NCBI GenBank assembly: GCA_943704425.1
Contig: CALSCP010001831.1
Span: forward strand, 1-48,567
Direction of reading: 5' to 3'
Origin: Ministeria vibrans ATCC 50519
Lineage: Eukaryota > Protista > Filasterea
DNA length: 48,567 nt
The position numbers were made by a program, and so were the translations under genes. Below are positions 45,086 to 48,567 of this stretch, piece after piece. Numbering within the stretch: the stretch's first letter is position 1; each line of letters begins with the position of its first letter. The notes under the pieces were generated by a model. It searched no databases. It saw only the letters and a list, made by a program, of their open reading frames with translations, and was not told the origin of the DNA.

Positions 45086-45380
45086 GAGAAAGAGAGAATA
45101 TTAATATTAATGATAGTAATAATGATAATAATAAATGAATAAAAATACAATAAAGTAAATAAACCCGCTCAATAATATTTAATCATATAAACCTTGGGCC
45201 TATGCTGTATGCACACAGCCTAGCCTATGGCGGAAGCATTGTATTACTCATATATTTCCAACTATTCTTCTTCTTTACGTGTCATTCATTGAAATAATCA
45301 TTTACTCAAATCTCATTATCTCAATTTCAAATTTTCAATTTTGCAATCAATTTTCTTCTTGAAACACCTCTTTTATTGAC

Positions 45381-46790
45381 ATGGCAAGGTATATGGAGAT
45401 GGCACAGTCGCATGTCGCCGCGCTGCCTTCGACCGAGTGCTTTGCGTCTATTTTTTCCTTTCGGTCTTGTGATCTCTCTTTTGCCATCCGCCCCGTCCCT
45501 CTGCGCCGCCTGGGAGCGTGTCCTGCACTGTGGTCCACCGTCGTGCAGCGCGCACTGCGGCGTCACCATTGCGAAATACGGCGCGACTGGTGATCGTCTT
45601 TCAACCATTGAAAATTCCCATCAGTCGCACGCAAACGAAAAAAAGAAGAAAAAAAAAAGAGAGAGAGAGAGAGAAAAGGCGAAAAGGAAACCAGCGTACG
45701 CCGGAACGGCAGGGGGGGCGCCACCCACCTTCTTGTCTGACCGTTTTCGATTGTGTCCAAAGACCCCTCACTGTCCCATTATCTTCTAAACTGACCTCTT
45801 TTTTTTTTTTTCCGTCTTTTTCGCAGATCATTCATCGTACTTGCGAGCGTTCTTGCGCTTCTGGCGAGCCCGGCGCTCGCCGGCAGGTTGGTGCGTGACA
45901 TGGCACAGCCCTGTCTGTTCACGGGCCCCACTGGCAATGTAAGAAGGCGGATTCGTGACACTTTCCCTCATTCATCAATCATGGGATGGCCTTAGGTCTA
46001 CAATTTTGAGAGCTTGGAGACCACGGATGGATACTCTGCCAAGGACCCGTCTTCATACACCTTCTACTACAACGTAAGCGATGCTTCTCTTCGGCGATTA
46101 CGCCCAGCGACTCAATCATGAAGAAACGACGAACTGACAATTTCAATTGTTTTCGCTGACAGTTTTGCGGAGGCGTCGTTGAGGGCTCCGGTGACCTGTC
46201 TTGTGGTACTGGCACGGCGGTGTGCCAGGGTGACGAAACACTGACCAACTACTATTCGTGCGGCACTGTCGGCTCGGCCGTGTACACCGAGGTCGCGGGT
46301 GGTGTCGACGTGGTCTACACTGGTGGAGCTGACGCGCGTCAGTCGACTGCTCATCTGGTAACGCAACAAGCCAATGTACGAACCGAGTCTCCTGAACTAG
46401 AAACTCTTCTCTTTTCAGACTTGCCAGCAAGGTACGACGACACCCGTCATGACGGCGCAGGGCGAGACGACGCAGAAGGAGTACGACATTACCGTGACCA
46501 CCCAGTGCGCGTGCCCCAACGGCTGTGGCGCTGCCCCACCGCCTCCCCCGGGCCCTGGCGGCAGCAGCGGCAAGCTGAGCGCTGGCTCGGTGCTCCTCAT
46601 CATCTTCTTCGTGTTGCTCTTTGTCTACTTTGCGGCCGGCATGCTTTTCAAGAAGTACAAGATGCAGGCGGAGGGCGCTGAGATTGTCCCCAACAAGGAC
46701 TTCTGGACGTCTCTCCCGGGCCTCATCAAGGAGGGCTTCCTCTTCTCCATCTCCAAGTGCAAGCGTGATGGCTCCTACTCGTCGCTCTAG
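45381..46790 (+). CDS. M6PR: Cation-dependent mannose-6-phosphate receptor/ATG27-like type-I membrane protein (single MRH domain), 5 exons
   Basis: MAR|SFIVLASVLALLASPALA signal peptide; MRH pattern YYN|FCG, AVCQ, YTGG..RQS..L|TC, GE...EY...TQCACP; TM LSAGSVLLIIFF..VYFAAG; GAEIVPNKDFWTSLPGLIKEG; C-terminal YSSL. Confidence 0.75.
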
Positions 46791-47483
46791 TTGGGGGGGT
46801 TTTTTTTTCTTTTACACAAGTAATGAACTCGAATGCTCGCGTTCCTTCCCTGATTGATTCTCGTTTTCACATTCAGCCTCCCCTTTTTTCCTTTCTCTCT
46901 CTTTCTCTCGCTGCGTTCTCTCGTTGGATCAAACATAATCGATTACACCGTCGTGCAGTCAGAGCCGCGCAGAGATTTAGAGATACCTTTTGATTTTTTT
47001 GAAATTCGGCCCTAATAAATCACAAACAATCAACATTCAACAAGAAATGATTGATAATAAATTGGAAAATGTCTTCTTCTTCTATAAATTTAATAAATAA
47101 TAATAAGCATCGAGGCCATCGACCGTTACGCTTGATTTGTTTTGCCGATACATATTATTTTTTGAGACGCGAAAATGAGAAAATCACATCATGACACTTT
47201 CCTATGGTACTCTGATCATCTCTTTATCCTTTCTTCTTCTTCATCTCTATATCCTCTATCATTGAGTTAGTAGTTTCGTAATAATAGTAATACACTATAG
47301 AGAGTATAAAATAATAGAGTATTCTCTAAAACGACTCACAACGTAACAACCCCGTATACACTCTACCCTGTCCAAAAGTTGTAGCGTAATTTTTCAGCTT
47401 TCACTTCCACTCTCGAGATCTCTTTTGTACAAATTGTACTCTTTTGTGTTCTGCTACTTCTGTAAAAAAAAAAGAAAGAAAGA

Positions 47484-48452
47484 ATGTCAACTGCGGCAGC
47501 ATGGTTAACGCGGTGGGTACCGATGGGACGCGGGTCGTGCGTTCGACGGCTTCTCCTCAACATTCTGCGCGCTGGTCCCATCCCGAAACACGTCGCCCTC
47601 ATTATGGACGGAAATCGACGGTATGCTCGTAAATCGGGAGTGCCTAGCTCGTTGGGACACGCGGCGGGCTTTGAGAAACTCGAAGAGGTTTGCAATTCTT
47701 TGACGCGCGTTTTATGATCGACTCATCCTCTGTGCTCCTGCGCCAGATTCTTGAACTGTGTCTTGAGCTGGGTGTCAAAACAGTAACGGTGTATGCCTTT
47801 AGCATTGACAACTTCAAGCGAAACGACGAAGAGGTCAGTCTGAATTGTCTTCCACGTCGTCCCGTTGTTGAGCCCTCTCTCTCGTCTTTAATCAGGTCTC
47901 TGCGCTGATGAAGCTTGCCGAAGAGAAACTCTATCGTCTGATGAACGAAGTAGAATCAATCAAGAAGCACGAGGTGGGCATTCGTGTGTTGGGGGCAGTC
48001 GAGCTGCTGCCAGAGGGCGTTCGTCGTGCCGTTGGCAAGGCTGTCACCATGACGCGCAAACACGAACGCTGCGTCCTCAACGTCTGCATGCCCTACACGG
48101 CGCGTCACGAAATGCTTCAGGCAACCCGCGACTTGGCGGCGGGCGTTGATGCACAAATTCTGCAGCCCGACGATGTCGACGAGGCTCTGTTTGAGCGATG
48201 TCTCTTCACGCGTGGTGGCCAGCCCGATCTTGTCGTGCGCACTTCGGGTGTCGTGCGTCTCAGTGACTTTTTACTCTGGCAATCATCGTTTTCGGCCCTA
48301 TACTTCTCACAGGTGTCCAGAAACCAAACTACCAAAATGAAAAACTATGCGTCTCACACTCGTTTGTGGCCAAGGCACTCTGGCCCGAGTTCTCCTTTCT
48401 TGATATGTTTGCCGCAGTCATTTTCTACCAGCGAAACCACGCAGCTGTGCAG
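47484..48452 (+). CDS. DHDDS: cis-prenyltransferase (dehydrodolichyl diphosphate synthase), continues past window end
   Basis: GPIPKHVALIMDGNRRYA; VTVYAFSIDNFKR; PYTARHE; PDLVVRTSGVVRLSDFLLWQ; LWPEFS. The last visible exon ends at a donor followed by (TTA)n. Confidence 0.93.
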
Positions 48453-48480
48453 GTACTCTCCCTAGCGAACATAGTTTATA

Positions 48481-48567
<87 letters not shown>

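Overview
Gene-dense, intron-rich eukaryotic nuclear DNA with standard genetic code and GT-AG introns, many of them filled with (GA)n, (CA)n or (TAA)n microsatellite. There are four N gaps. The combination of an SH3-SH2 tyrosine kinase, a metazoan/plant-type bifunctional mRNA capping enzyme, an ANKLE2/LEM4 homologue and an axonemal dynein suggests a flagellated unicellular relative of animals (inference). I assembled about 18 genes by hand, in order: GT61 paralog (partial), twinfilin, a circularly permuted double coactosin-like ADF-H protein, RNGTT, an SGNH/PC-esterase-like protein, a GT61 glycosyltransferase, an FkbM-like methyltransferase, a Csk-like kinase, a Pro-rich orphan, a Golgi-type coiled-coil protein, GLRX5, ANKLE2, GPN3 (5' part missing), a reticulon-like/Pex24-type membrane protein, COG5 (3' part missing), an RPC7-like protein, a DNAH6-like dynein, a CD-M6PR-like receptor and DHDDS (partial). 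Strongest leads: (1) the circularly permuted tandem ADF-H protein next to twinfilin; (2) an intron-poor island at 10.2-16.5 kb of three type-II membrane glycan-tailoring enzymes, bordered by mobile-element debris and with an inverted near-identical GT61 paralog; (3) a dispersed AACAAAGTGATAG(GA)n motif; (4) a Csk-like kinase that carries a Src/Abl-type activation-loop tyrosine. Family assignments rest on recognised motifs, not database searches.
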